From Felis catus (lineage: Eukaryota), in contig NC_058368.1 in the NCBI RefSeq assembly GCF_018350175.1, forward strand, positions 148,058,001 to 148,122,000: 64,000 nucleotides of DNA, in the 5' to 3' direction. Position 1 is the stretch's first letter; every line of letters begins with the position of its first letter. Position numbers and translations under genes: made by a program. This document shows positions 50,813 to 63,960 of the stretch, in pieces. The notes below the pieces were generated by a model. It was not told the DNA's origin. It ran no database searches and saw only the letters and a program-made list of their open reading frames with translations.

Positions 50813-53800
50813 ATGACACTAAATCCATATATTTCAATAATAACTCTGAATGTAAATGGACTAAATGCCCGTTCAAAAGACATAGAGTACCATAATGGAT
50901 TTAAAAAACAACATACATCTATATTCTGTCTATAAGACTCATTTTAGACATGAGGGCACTTTCAGATTGAAAGTGAGGGGATAGAGAACTACCTATCATG
51001 CTATTAGAAGTCAAAAGAAAGCTGGAGTAGCCATATTTATATCAGACAAACTAGATTTTAAGCTAGCCCCTGTAACAAGAGATGATGAAGGGCATTATAT
51101 CATAATTACAGGTCTTTCCATCAAGAAGAGCTATCAATTATAAATGTTCATGCCCCCAACTTGAAAAATCCAAATATATAAATCAATTAATCACAAACAT
51201 AAGCAATCGTATTGATGAGAATGTGGTAATTGCAGGGGACTGTAATACTCCACTTACAACAATGGACAGATCATCTAGGCATAAAATCAATAAAGAAACA
51301 ATGGCCTTGAATGATACACTGGACCAGATGGACTTGACAGATATATTCAGAACTTTTCATCCAAAAGCAAAAGAATACCCATTCTTCTCACGTGCACATG
51401 GAACATTCTCCAAGATAGATCATATACTAGGTCACCAAACAGCCCTCAATAAATATAAAAGAACTGAAATCTTACCATACATATTTTTAGATTACAACAC
51501 TATTAAACTTGAAATCAACCACAAGAAAAAATTTGGAAATCCTCCAAATGCATGGAGGTTAGAGAACATCCTATGAAATAATGAATGGGCCAACCAGGCA
51601 TTAAAGAAGAAATTAAAACATATATGAAAGCAAATAAAAATGAAAACACAATAGTCTAAACCCTTTGAGATATAGCAAAGGCAGTCAGAAGAGGAAAATA
51701 CATTGCAATCCAGGTTTATCTCATGATTCAAGAAAAATCCCCAATACAAAACCTAATGGCACACCTAAAGGAACTAGAAGGAGAACCAAGAAAAACCCCC
51801 AATACAAAACCTAATGGCACACCTAAAGGAACTAGAAGGAGAACAGCAAAGAAACCCAAAAGCCAGCAGTAGAAGAGAAATAATAAAGATCAGAGGAGAA
51901 TTAAACAATATAGAATCCAAACACAAAACAAAACAAAACAAAAACAGTAGAACATATCAATGAATTTAAGAGCTGTTTTCTTGAAAAAAACAAAATCAAT
52001 AACCCCCTAGCCAGACTTCTCAAAAAGAAAAGAGAACCCTAGTAGATAAAATCACAAATGAATGAGGAAAGATCACAACCAAATCCACAATTATTAGAGA
52101 ATACTATGAAAAATTATATTCCAAAAAACTGGACAACCTGGAAAAAATGGACAAATTCCTAGACACTCACATACTACCAAACCTCAAACAGGAAGAAACA
52201 GAAAATTTGAACAGATCCATAACCAGAGAAGAAATTGAATCTGTTATCAAAAATCTTCCAACAAATAATAGTCCTGGGCCAGATGGCTTCCCAGGGAAAT
52301 CCTACCAGACATTTGAAGCAGAGGTATCCTTCACAAGCTGATCCTTCACAAGCTGATCTAAAAAGTAGAAATGGAAGGCAAGCTTCTGGACTCATTCTAT
52401 GAAGTCAGCATTACCTTGATTCCCAAACCAGACAGAGGCCCCATTAATAAGGAGACTTACAGGCCAATCTCCCTGATGAACATGGATGCAAAAATTCTCA
52501 ACAATATACTAGCAAATCGAATTCAACAGTATATTAAAAGAACCATTCAACATGATTAAGTGGGATTCATTCCTGGGCTGCAGGGCTGATTCAATATTCA
52601 GAAATCAATCAGTGTGATACATCACATTAATAAAAGAAAAGATAAGAACCATATGATCCCGTCAATAGATGCAGAAAAAGCATGTGACAAAATGCAGCAT
52701 TGTTTCTTAATAAAAACCTTCAAGAAAGTCAGGATAGAAGGAACATAACTTAACACCATGAAAGCCATGTATGAAAAGTCCACAGCTAATAACATCTTCA
52801 ATGGGGAAAAACTGAGAGCTTTCCAAACCCTGAGATCAGGAACATGACAGTTATGTCCACTCTCACCACTGTTGTTTAACATAGTGTTGGAAGTCCTAGC
52901 CTCAGCAATCAGACAACAAAATGAAATAAAATGTGTCCAAATTTGCAAACAAGAAGTCAAACTTTCACTCTTTGCACAGGACATGATACTCTACATGGAA
53001 AACCTGAAAGACTCCATCAAAAAGCTACTAGAACTAGTACATGAATTCAGCAAAGTCACAGGACACAAAATCAATATACAGATATTGGTTGAATTTCTAT
53101 ACAATAATGAAGCAACAGAAAGACAAATCAAGAAACTGATCCCATTTACAATTGCACCAAGAACCGTAAAATACCTAGGAATAAACCTAACTAAAGGTGT
53201 AAAAGATCTGTATGCTGAAAACTATAGAAAACTTATGAAACAAATTGAATCAGACACAAAGAAATGGAGAAACATCCCATGCTCATGGATTGGGAGAACA
53301 AATATTGTTAAAATGTCAATACAACCTAAAGCAATCTACACATTCAATCCAATCCCAATCGCAATTGCACTGGCATTCTTTTCAGAGCTAGAACAAACAA
53401 TGCTAAAACTTGTATGGAACCACGAAAGACCCCAAATAGCCAAAGTAATGTTGAAAAGAAAACCAAAGCGAGAGGTATCACAATCCCAGACTTTAGCCTC
53501 TACTACAAAGCTGTAATTATCAAGACAGTATGGTACTGGCACAAAAACAGACACATAGACCAATGGAATATAATAGAGAACCCAGAATGGGACCCCCAAA
53601 TGTACGGCCAACTAATCTGTGACAAAGCAGGAAAGACCATCTGATGGAAAAAAAGACAATCTCTTCAATAAATGGTACTGGGAGAACTGGACTGCAACAT
53701 GCAGAAAAGTGAAACTGGACCACTTTCTTACACCATACACAAAAATAAACTCAAAATTGGTGAAAGACCTAAATGTGAGACAGGAAACCATCAAAACTCT

Positions 53801-54640
53801 AGAAGAGAAAACAGGAAACAACCTCTTTGACCTCAGCCACAGCAACTCCTTACTCAACACATGTCTAAAGGCAAGGAAAATAAAAGCAAAACTGAACTAT
53901 TGGGACCTCATTAGGTTAAAATAAGCTTCTGCACTGCAAAGGAAACAGTCAACAAAACTAAAAGGCAACAGACAGAATGAGAGAAGATATTTGCAAATGA
54001 CATATCAGATAAAGGGTTACTATACAAAATCTATAAAGAATTTACCAAATTCAACACCTGGAAAACAAATTATCCAGTAAAGAAATGGGCAGAAGACATG
54101 AAAAGACACTTTTCCAAAGAAGACATCTAGATGGCCAACAGACACATGAAATAACATCACTCATCATCAGGTAAATACAAATCAAAATTACATTGAGATA
54201 CAATCTCACACTAGTCATAATGACTAAAATTAATAACTCAGGAAACAACAGATGTTGACAACTATGTGGAGAGATGGAACTCTCTTGCACTGTTGGTGGG
54301 AATGCAAATTGGTGCAGCCACTCTGGAAAACAGTGTGGAAGGTCCTCAAAAAATTAAAAATAGAATTACCCTACAACCCATCAATGGCACTAGTAGGAAT
54401 TTATCCAAAGGATACAGTAGTGCTGATGCATAAGGGCACATGTATCCCAATGTTTATAGCAGCAGTTTCGACAAGAGCCAAATTATAGAGTCCAAATTTC
54501 CATCAACTAACAAATGGATAAAGAAGATGTTGTTTATACATACAATGGAATACTGCTTAGCAATGAGAAAGAATGAAATCTTGTCATTTGGAACAATGTG
54601 GATGAAACTGGAGGGTACTATGCTAAGTGAAATAAATTAG
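50813..54640 (+). pseudogene. Disrupted L1 ORF2 (endonuclease/reverse transcriptase)
   Basis: MTLNPYISIITLNVNGLN start; [38 protein letters not shown] motif mutated to [23 protein letters not shown]. Many stops and frameshifts. Confidence 0.93.
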
Positions 54641-55847
54641 TTAGAGAAAGACACATATCATACATTTTCATTTATATGTGGAACTTGAGAAACTTAGCAG
54701 AAGACCATGGGGGGAGGGAAGGGATAAAAATAGTGTCAAACAGAGAGGGAGGCAAACCATAAGAGACTCTGAAATACAGAGAACAAACTGAGCATTGATA
54801 AGGAGGCGGAGAGGGGAAAATGGATGATTGTCACTGAGGAGGGTACTTTTTGGGATAGCACTGGGTGTTGTATGGAAGCAATGAATCATGGGAATCTACC
54901 TCCGAAGCCAAGAGCACACTGTGTATACTGTATATTAGCTAACTTGACAATAAAATTATGTTAAAAAAATTAACTCACTGATGAGTACATCAGAAATGTC
55001 TATTAGTTCAGAATTGAGATGCTGTAGATATAGAACAGAAACAGGGAAAGAGAGGGGGGGTGGAGGGAAAAAGAGAGGTAGAAGGGAGAGAGAAAGAGAA
55101 TCAAAATTGTCTGTCTGTCCCTGGTCTTCATGTATCAATATTCTTAAGAGAAGTTATATTCTCTAAGGACAATATTCATCCTTAAACAAAACAAAACAAA
55201 GCTATCAGTTTTTTTAAATAGTCATAACTCTGATAAATATGTAAATTTAAAGCATACAATAAATACATTCTTCTAATTTTTCCCTTCCTTGAGCAAATAA
55301 TTAATAAATAAGTTCAATAAAAAATATTTCTTTTCTACAAAATTACAGAAATTTAGCCCAATCACTCTACAAAGCTTGGCACTTTTTTCTAGCCTTAAAA
55401 AGTATCAATTCCAAATAAAACAACTTTATTTTGAATTTATTAATTTAAGAAGGAAGAGAAGAAATGGAGCCAGCACTTTTTAAATAAATTAAGTTTGTTA
55501 TGAGTCAAATTAACTTGAAAAATTTTTTAAAGTGATACCCAACTTACATGTCATCTCATTGTAAGGAAAAGAGAAAATATACTTTGAAAAAGTATTTAGA
55601 CACTTAAGTGTTTATTTTTACTTTGGACTTTATCAAGGGTAAGAATATCAGCAGCAACACTGAAATAATTTTCAAAGTTCCAAACCATAGTCTTTAGCAT
55701 ATGATTAAAATGTAGACACTTCATAAGTGGGATCTTAGGGACAAATAAACTATTGGAAGCTTAGAAAGGGGGGTTAATTTCATTTTCTTTGAAATAAAAG
55801 TAGTTATATTGATAAAATCTGCACAATAGCTATCAGTTCAGAAGTTT

Positions 55848-55881
55848 GTTTTTTTTCAAAATTTTTAATGTTTATTTTATT

Positions 55882-55937
<56 letters not shown>

Positions 55938-56098
55938 TGGGGTAGGGGCAGAGACAGGGGGAGACACAGAATCCGAAGCAGGTTCTAGGCTCTGAGCTAT
56001 CAGCATAGAGCCCGACTGCAGGGCTCAAACTCACAAACCATGAGATCGTGACATGAGCTGAAGTCACACACTCAACCGACTGAGCCCACCAGATGCCC
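55848..56098 (-). mobile_element. Can-SINE with an expanded (GA)23
   Basis: TSD tcagttcagaagttt at 55833-55847 and 56099-56113. (GA)n at 55885-55930. Confidence 0.96.
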
Positions 56099-56269
56099 TC
56101 AGTTCAGAAGTTTTATAATTGGATGAAAATGACAGAAAATATGGGACATGCAAGGATACATATCAATCATATGGATATAGAAAACTAATATTCATTTAAA
56201 GCTTTCAATTTTAGGAGGAACTTTAAAATAAAACATCTCCTTTGTTCTCCACAGCAAACTTCTTATTAA

Positions 56270-56440
56270 GATCTAACAAAATACATTAGGTAAGATAATG
56301 TTTTCAGTATCCACATTTTACTGCTGTTTATACCAAGAATCAGAGATTAAATAGCTAGTTCAAGGTCATCCAACCAGGTAAGCAGTATACCAGGGTTTAA
56401 TATGAATTTCTTTCAAAACTCGACTTTTCTATTAAACAAA
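56270..56440 (-). mobile_element. MIR fragment
   Basis: tatccacattttac...cagagattaaatagctagttcaaggtcatccaaccaggtaag. Confidence 0.5.
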
Positions 56441-58118
56441 ACTGACTTTATCATACTTGATGATCACAAAATCAATACACTCATCAGGAGAGAAAATTAA
56501 GACTAGTCTGTGTTAGCTATTACTAGTCTTCAGCTCTCTAACACTTTGGGCAAGGCAAATATTTACTCCAACATTATGTAATTTATTCCAAGATATTTAT
56601 CATGACAAGTAAAACAAAGGAAAACTGAGTGCAAAATAAAAGTTTAAATTGCAAATATTCTGTGCATTAGATCTTCTGACATATGGTTATAGAAATTTTT
56701 TAAACAAATTACATTGGAATGAAAATACCAAAACAAGTTTTCCTTTATTTTTTAAATTTATATAAAGACTTCTTAAGTTCCTTTTATTTTCTTCTTGTCA
56801 TCATGAGAAACAGAATATATTTTAAATGAATTCTAAGGACGTTTTCTACCTTTTTATGATAACCAGAAGTAGTGTCCATTTTATCTTCCTATATGACAAA
56901 ACAACTTAATCATTACTAATTTTGTAAGAAGCTGCCATGTGCCAGAAAATTCTATTATAATTACTCACAACAATTGAAGAGATATTCAGGATGTTATTCA
57001 TTAGCCAGTTCAATTTTTCTAGATTCTAACAGTTCATTTTAATATGAATGACAGTTTCTTTGCTTGGTCAGCAAAAGATATTTGTACAATCAGTTAGCAA
57101 TGTAAGTACAAATATGACACTAGGTTAGGCATTCATTTCTACTGACACCATAAGCCTTTCAGATATTTAGCCAATAACCTCTCCACTGGATATAGAAGAA
57201 TTATAGAGTTAACACAGTTGGAATTTGCTAATGTTTAATAATCCATTAAATTAATCATCATTTGGACCAGAGCTAGCAAGCTAATACTAGTTTGAGCATT
57301 AAAGGACTATAATATGATAAAAGGGATCTTAATCTTATAAAAATCAGAAAAAAAATCTTTAAAAATACTTAAAAACATACATCCTCCTTCTTGTCATTTT
57401 TTTGGTAATTTAATTTCTCACACAGCCATGACTTCTAAATTGCTACCATAAGTGATTTGTAAACTGATACATGAATAATTGACATGTATGTTATGGCTGA
57501 CAAATGGTTGAACTGGTTCAAGGTGAAATTCCTTATCTTTCTATTTATGGTTCTGCCACTTGGTTCCAGTCTAATTTAATCATAAATTGTATTCCAGGAA
57601 ATGGAATTGGGAAGCTAAATAATCATTCAGATGTTCAATTATGGTAGAGAATGACGTTTAAATAGTATTGGTCTGATCCTTATTTATTTTTCAATTTAAA
57701 TTATTAAAGTTATATGTGGGATTTTTCCCTATTTAGATAATAGAGTTTGGGCTTAGTACAATAACAACTATTACCATACTGAAAATAATATACCAAGATC
57801 AAAGAGACAGGGATTTTCTCCTTTCTGTAATGGTGAAAGGATCATACTGAAGCTGCTTTATGCTGAAGTTCTACTATTGGTGAAAAGTGTTTGATATTTT
57901 TAGTATCTTGAGGAAATTACAAAAATACACCATAATCCTGCATTTTAAAAATTTAACATTTACTCAACTACTAATTTATAAAGAAATATACTGACCTATA
58001 AAACAATGAAGGTACTATACATATCCCTTGATTTTAAATCTAGCAGAAAATGTAATAGAAGGTCAGTGACAAAGGGTTCCAGAAATTCAAACATTAAAGG
58101 ATGAGTTCCAATGGGGGG

Positions 58119-58590
58119 TGTAGTAGATAGTCATATGGCCACAATTATTTCTTTACCTCTATCCATGTCCCCAATGTGATTTTGCAGCTTCTCCCAGTAG
58201 TAGGTAAAGTTTCTTTTCCAGCTCCTTGCATATGTACTAGTTTAGTGATTACTTTGGTCAATGCGATGTGACGGAAGTGATGTGCCAGCTTGAGCCCAGG
58301 CCTTACATGGTTCCTCTTTCTCTGCAAGAACTTGGTGATACAACCATGTAAGCAAGACTAGACCAGCCTTCTGAAAAATAAGGTAACATGGGAGAGAATC
58401 AAAGCAGCCAATACCAGGCTGACTCCCAGAGCAGAGCCATTCAGCTGTCAGTGGATATACGAGAGAGCTCAGCTAGGCATGACCAAAAGAGCCACACAGC
58501 TGGACATAGATTCACAGTAATTATAAATGGTTACTGTTTCAAACCACTAGATATGAGGTGGATTGTTAGGGAACAGTAAGCAAATATAGA
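58119..58590 (+). mobile_element. MaLR solo LTR (MLT1F/G/H-like)
   Basis: tgtagtagatag...atggccacaa...tgtgattttgcagcttctccca...aaatggttactgtttcaaaccactagatatgaggtggattgtta. Confidence 0.75.
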
Positions 58591-59105
58591 AGATTAGCAA
58601 AATATTTTTAAAGGTGTCAAAATGTAAGTTAGAAATTAAAAGTCTGGTGCACAGAGATGAAGAAGATGTGCTAGAAGGAGGACTTCATTTTTCAATTATA
58701 CTGTGGAGCAAATATCCTAAAAAAATAAGACTTCATTTTTTAAAAATTTTCTGTTGATATTTTTCATAGATTCTTTAAAAAAAGTTTTATATTTCCTTTG
58801 GAAAGATAATATAGAGAGTTTCCACATACTCTGTGTCTAACCTCCCCCTTTAAAAAAAATCTTGTTAGTATATTTATTATGATTAATAGATGATAATAGT
58901 CCATACTTTATTCAAATTTAATTAGCTTAGCCTAACAACTTTTGCAGTTTCATGCCTAGGATATCATGTTACATTCAGTCATCTGGTCTTAGGTTTCTCT
59001 TTGTTGGGACATATGGCAGACTTCCTTGTCTCAGATGACTTGATTGTCTTGAGGTCATGTATTTTGTAGAGGGCCTACCAACCTGAATTTTTCTGGTGTG
59101 TTATT

Positions 59106-59117
59106 TTGTTGTTGTTG

Positions 59118-59148
<31 letters not shown>

Positions 59149-59150
59149 TG
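59106..59150. repeat. (TTG)7(CTG)8 triplet microsatellite
   Basis: Read directly from the sequence. Confidence 0.95.
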
Positions 59151-59376
59151 TATCATGGCTTACTGGGTTTATAGGTTTGGAGGGGAATACTACAGAGGTA
59201 AAGTGCCATTTTTATCATATCATATGCGGTATATGATGATGATACCAGGGTATCAACATAATTTTTCATTGTTGGTGTTGACTTTGATCACCTGGATTAG
59301 GTGGTATTTGTCAGAGTTTTCTACAGTAAAGTAACTCTTCTCTTTTATCTGTACTTATTAGAAGACAGTCACTATG

Positions 59377-59598
59377 GGGGTGCCTGGGTGGCTCAGTCGG
59401 TTGAGCGTCTGACTTCAGCTCAGGTCACAATCTTGCGGTCCGTGAGTTCGAGCCCCACGTCAGGCTCTGGGCTGATGGCCCAGAGCCTGGAGCCTGCCTC
59501 CGATTCTGTGTCTCCCTGTCTCTCTGCCCCTCCCCCGTTCATGCTCTGTCTCTCTCTGTCTCAAAAATAAATAAATGTTAAAAAAAATTTTTTTTAAA
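59377..59598 (+). mobile_element. Can-SINE (SINEC_Fc)
   Basis: TSD aagacagtcactatg at 59362-59376 and 59599-59613. Confidence 0.97.
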
Positions 59599-60070
59599 AA
59601 GACAGTCACTATGCCCAGCGAACACTGAAGGAGTGGGGAATTAGGCTTCCCATACTTTAAAGCACAGTATCTACATAAATTATCTGGACTTTTTTTGCAT
59701 GGGAAATTTGCCACTTCTCCAATTCTTTTTTATTTATTCAGTCATTTGTTTATATTACCATGGACTCATAAATATCATTTTATACTGTGGGTTATAACCC
59801 AATACTACATTATTTATTTTGTTGCTCACATTTTTCTCACTTTGGCCATTAGAGAATACGTCATTTGGCTATTTTACTTTGCCATATCCTCTTTAATGTA
59901 GGTTTTCTGTTTGTTTGGTTTTGGTTTGTAGGGGAAGTTCTCTACTTTCTGGCACAGCAAGATGTTCCAGGCTCATCTTGAATATTTTCTGCCTCAGGTA
60001 TTAGAATCAGACATTTCTCCAGGGAGCCTTAGCTTCTTTTATTAGAGAATGGCATTAAAACCTAAGATCT

Positions 60071-60284
60071 GGGAATGCCTGAGTGGCTCAGTTGGTTAAG
60101 CATTCAACTCTTGATTTTGGCTCAGGTCATGATCTCACGGTTTGTGAGCTGACCTTGGGCTCTGTGCTGACAGCAACAGTGCAGAGCCTGCTTGGGATTC
60201 TGAGTTTCTCTCTCTCTCTCTCTCTGTCCCTCACCCTCAGCCCCGACTCACTCTCTCTTTCAAAATAAATAAACATAAAAAAAA
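60071..60284 (+). mobile_element. Can-SINE, older subfamily
   Basis: TSD core cctaagatct at 60061-60070 and 60286-60295. Confidence 0.93.
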
Positions 60285-61399
60285 CCCTAAGATCTAGGTT
60301 CAAGATTTGCTTGTTGCTACTTGGATGTCCTTGCTTCTAAACCCTTTCAGCTAGCAAAGTAATGACATACATGTGTGCGTATTAATGCTCTATATAAACG
60401 TATCTATAAACAGCTCTATATGTAACCATCCGTATCTACAATAAGCTAAACATGAGTTCATACCAATGCCATCAAGTCTATCGCAGTACCACATAGATCA
60501 TTCTAGATCCCTTTCCCTGTTTACATGTCAACTTTAACTCCAACAGAAACCTGTTTCCAACCAATATCCATTTTTAATTGTTCAATTTCAGTATACACGT
60601 ATAGCACATACAACAAGAAACAGACTTACTAACCTATATTCCCATAGGAAACAAGTTTTATCAACTAGAGTACAATCATTATGCACATAACAGCAAGGAC
60701 CTTATTTACAGCAAATCTCTAAACACAATTATGGAAGTCTCTTACTTTTAATATTATCTTACCTTTTATTACGTATACTGGGGAAGTTTTTTTTTAACAT
60801 TGAGCCACAAAAATTTTATGCTCTTACCAAAAACCTAATATTCCAAAATAAAATTTCAATAAGAAATACAATTTACTTTAAAAAGCTTTTGATTTTTAAA
60901 TATGCAAACATATTTGATTGTTTTCCCTATTCACTGGGAAATTGTAGGCACTATTATTCTCTGCTGCCTCCCAATCCTCTGTAACAGGTACTAATATGAG
61001 TTAACACTCTTGGTCCATTTGAACTTCCTGGAAAAAATAAGCCTTGTTTTATATAACTCATAGTCTTCTAATTTTCATTGTCACAATCTGCTGTCATTCA
61101 GAGCAGTTCTTTTAATTAGCCCCATGTTTTTAAATAACATGCAAAAATCAATGACCCAAATTTAGAAAGCTATGTCTGTTGCTCTCCCACAAAATCTCCC
61201 ACAAAATCTTAAGGAAGATATCCAACAGTTTAGTTGACAGTAAAGTTAACTAAGATCCACCCCTATCTAAAAACTTCCCTCCACCTCCACTGCTAGAACT
61301 TTTGCACAAGCAGTGAACACCCCTTACATGAACAAACTGAGACACTGATCTAAAATGATCTAAAATGGCCTCTTATCTCAAATGATAGTTGCAAATCCC

Positions 61400-61960
61400 T
61401 CCTGGACATTACAAACTATCCACACACAGCAGAGTAGATATCTTAAAACATAATTGAGATCACACTTCTACCATATTTGAACTCCTTCATTTGCTTCTCA
61501 CTGAATTTGGAATCAAATCCAGACTTTTAACCATCACTTAAAAGGTCCTACGTGAGTTCGCTCCAGCTATTCCCTACATCGCACTGACATTTCAAGAAAT
61601 ATGACTTCATTGTGCTTTTCGAAAATGCCCAGCCCAAGCCCTAACTCTTCAGAGTGAATTGCAAACAGCGTCAAAAACTCTCTTCCCAGGTCCTTTCCAT
61701 CCAATTATCCTGCTTATTTACAACATATTCAAATTAAGCTTCTAAACAATCTTGTGTGCTAAACAGTACATTCTAATTTGTTCTCTGTCACCTCGTACTG
61801 GGACATGGCCCCCACGAGAGGTTCTGGTTGTCACTGTGAGTGTAATATCTAGAGCGAGGACTACTATACATGGTCACAGATCACAGATTAGCTATTGAAG
61901 AGCTATTACTGCATGAATGAATGAATGAATGAATGAATGAATGAATGAATGAATGAATGA
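61400..61960 (+). mobile_element. L2 3' region ending in (ATGA)12
   Basis: atcttaaaacataattgagatcacac...ggaatcaaatccagacttttaacca; tail repeat at 61913-61960. Confidence 0.65.
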
Positions 61961-62139
61961 AATACACTAACTCTGTCCTAAAACCTTGGATATGGAGCTT
62001 GGATATCAAAAATGTGCTCATTATTTTTGTGCCTGTTTTCAAACTTAGAAAAGTTTTTTGTGAACTTAATTTTTGTTACAGCTTAAATTAATAAAGGATG
62101 ACTTACGTTGAACAGAGAGGTAAAACTTTACCATATAAC

Positions 62140-62163
62140 TTTCTTTCTTTCTTTCTTTCTTTC

Positions 62164-62204
<41 letters not shown>
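62140..62204. repeat. (TTTC)n microsatellite at a SINE tail
   Basis: Read directly from the sequence. Confidence 0.9.
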
Positions 62205-62424
62205 TTTAAATTTTTTTTTTTCAACGTTTATTTATTTTTGGGACAGAGAGAGACAGAACATGAACGGGGGAGGGGCAGAGAGAGAGGGAGACACAGAATT
62301 GGAAACAGGCTCCAGGCTCTGAGCCATCAGCCCAGAGCCCGACGCGGGGCTCGAACTCACGGATCTCGAGATCGTGACCTGGCTGAAGTCGGACGCTTAG
62401 CCGACTGCACCACCCAGGCGCCCC
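62205..62424 (-). mobile_element. Can-SINE (SINEC_Fc), youngest type
   Basis: Reverse complement reads ggggcgcctgggtggtgcagtcggctaagcgtccgacttcagccaggtcacg. CpG-rich. Confidence 0.97.
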
Positions 62425-62553
62425 TCTTTCCTTTCTTTCTAAGTGCACTGGAAATTGACAGGTGAGGTCATACTATCTGGGAAATAATTCAGCAACTTTA
62501 CTAAAAATCATGAAGGCCTTTACTTTAAATGGGGAAAGAAAGTATTGCTTTTA

Positions 62554-62788
62554 TTTATTTTTTTCTTAAAAAAATTTTTTTTAAACGTTTATTTATTTTT
62601 GAGACAGAGAGAGACAGAGCATGAATGGGGGAGGGGCCGAGAGAGAGGGAGACACAGAATCGGAAGCAGGCTCCAGGCTCTGAGCCATCAGCCCAGAGCC
62701 CTACACGGGGCCTCGAACTCACGGACTGCGAGATCGTGACCTGAGCTGAAGTCGGATGCCCAACCGACTGAGCCACCCAGGCGCCCCC
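62554..62788 (-). mobile_element. Can-SINE (SINEC_Fc)
   Basis: TSD gaaagtattgctttta at 62538-62553 and 62790-62805. Confidence 0.97.
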
Positions 62789-63139
62789 TGAAAGTATTGC
62801 TTTTAAAATAAATTCATCTACAATAGAGGAGGTTATTTACCTAATGATACTAAACCTTAACAAATCTGATACATACAAAAGCTACTCTTATTTGAATGTA
62901 TGGAATGAAGCTTAATTTTTTTTTTAATTTGGCTTCATTTCATTACAGTTTGCAGACCAACTCTAAAAAAATTTACATTTGTGTAGTTGGTTTTATGTGT
63001 TTTGTCCTTGCTATATTTAAATATTCTAGGAAAATATTCCCTAGAATTTTTATTTTTGAATTGATGACTTTCCTTGTTCATTGGTTTGTGTGGTTTTGTT
63101 TTCTTTTTTCTTTTCTTTTCATCTCTTTTCTTTTTTCTT

Positions 63140-63960
63140 TAAATATAGACAGGTTGAGATATTTAAACTCAGTAAAATCCACTTTTTTAAAAGTGTACAA
63201 ATCAGTGAGTTTAAACAAATACATGCAGTGACATAACCACATCTGCAATCAAGATGCAGAATATTTCTGAAACCTCAAAAAGCTTCTTCATGTTTTTCAT
63301 AGGTAATTTTCTCTCCCCAAACCCAGGCCCTGGGAAACAGTGATAGGATGTCTTTTTCCTATGGTTTTGTCATAGAGAAACTTAATTAAATGGCATTATA
63401 GTTTTCTTTAAATGTTTATTTTTGAGAGAGAGAGAGAGACAGAGAGTGAGCAAGGGAGGGGCAGAGAGAGAGGGAGACACAGAATCTGAAGTAGCCTCCA
63501 GTCTCCGAGCTGTCAGCACAGATCCCAACTAGGGGCTCAAACCCATGAACCACAAGATCATAACCTGAGCAGAAGTGGACGCTTAACTGACTATGCCACC
63601 CAGTCACCCCACCCCCCTTTTAAAATCATATTACAGTTTTACCCTTTTCTACATGTTTTGTTCAAATTTCCTGCCATTTTTGAGATTCTTTCACATGGTT
63701 ACATTTTGCAGTAGTATGATCTTTCTATTGTTGAGTAGCAACTCAATGGATCGATGTACCCCAGTGAGTCACCAATGGATATTTGCATTCTGCACTTTTG
63801 GTAATTATGAATAAATCTGCTGTGTATATCAATACAGATGTGCTTTTGTGGACTTTTGTTTTCATTTACTTAGGAGTATGGTTGTTACTATATTATACGT
63901 GTAACTTTATAAAAACTGGGTCCTGGAAAGTTTTATAATGGGAAGAGCTATATAAAACTT
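63140..63960 (-). mobile_element. Old L1 (L1MB/MC-like) 3' end, interrupted by a SINE
   Basis: aaaatccacttttttaaaagtgtacaaatcagtgagtttaaacaaat...ttttgagattctttcacatggtt. Confidence 0.75.
63402..63610 (-). mobile_element. Can-SINE
   Basis: Antisense SINE body (gagacacagaatctgaag...gcttaactgactatgccacccag). Confidence 0.93.

Larger units (their letters stand above)
48269..54964 (+). mobile_element. Full-length felid LINE-1 (5' UTR, ORF1, ORF2, 3' UTR), inactivated
   Basis: Perfect 16-bp TSD aaaaattaactcactg at 48253-48268 and 54965-54980. Start gagaggagtcaacatggc. ORF1 and ORF2 remnants are collinear. Confidence 0.97.
58780..60690 (-). mobile_element. L1MC-like 3' region, interrupted by two SINEs and a triplet repeat
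   Basis: agagagtttccacatactc...agaggtaaagtgccattttta...caagatgttccaggctcatcttg...ggaaacaagttttatcaactagagtaca. Confidence 0.8.

Noticed and set aside
142..54889. Long ORFs with RT or endonuclease similarity (e.g. 29592-30092, 30419-30778, 52872-53516) as functional genes or a novel RT system
   Set aside because: All are frameshifted pieces of ordinary LINE-1 ORF2 inside recognisable L1 copies.
59098..59334. Poly-Cys ORF, or a polyglutamine (CAG)8(CAA)7 tract on the minus strand
   Set aside because: A microsatellite inside an L1MC relic, with no exon context.
61184..61367. Short tandem duplications (ctcccacaaaat x2; gatctaaaat x2)
   Set aside because: Ordinary slippage-sized duplications with no further structure.
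12795..63607. Recurrent MAQSV.../RETEHERGRGRE... ORFs as a gene family
   Set aside because: These are translations of Can-SINE sequence on either strand.
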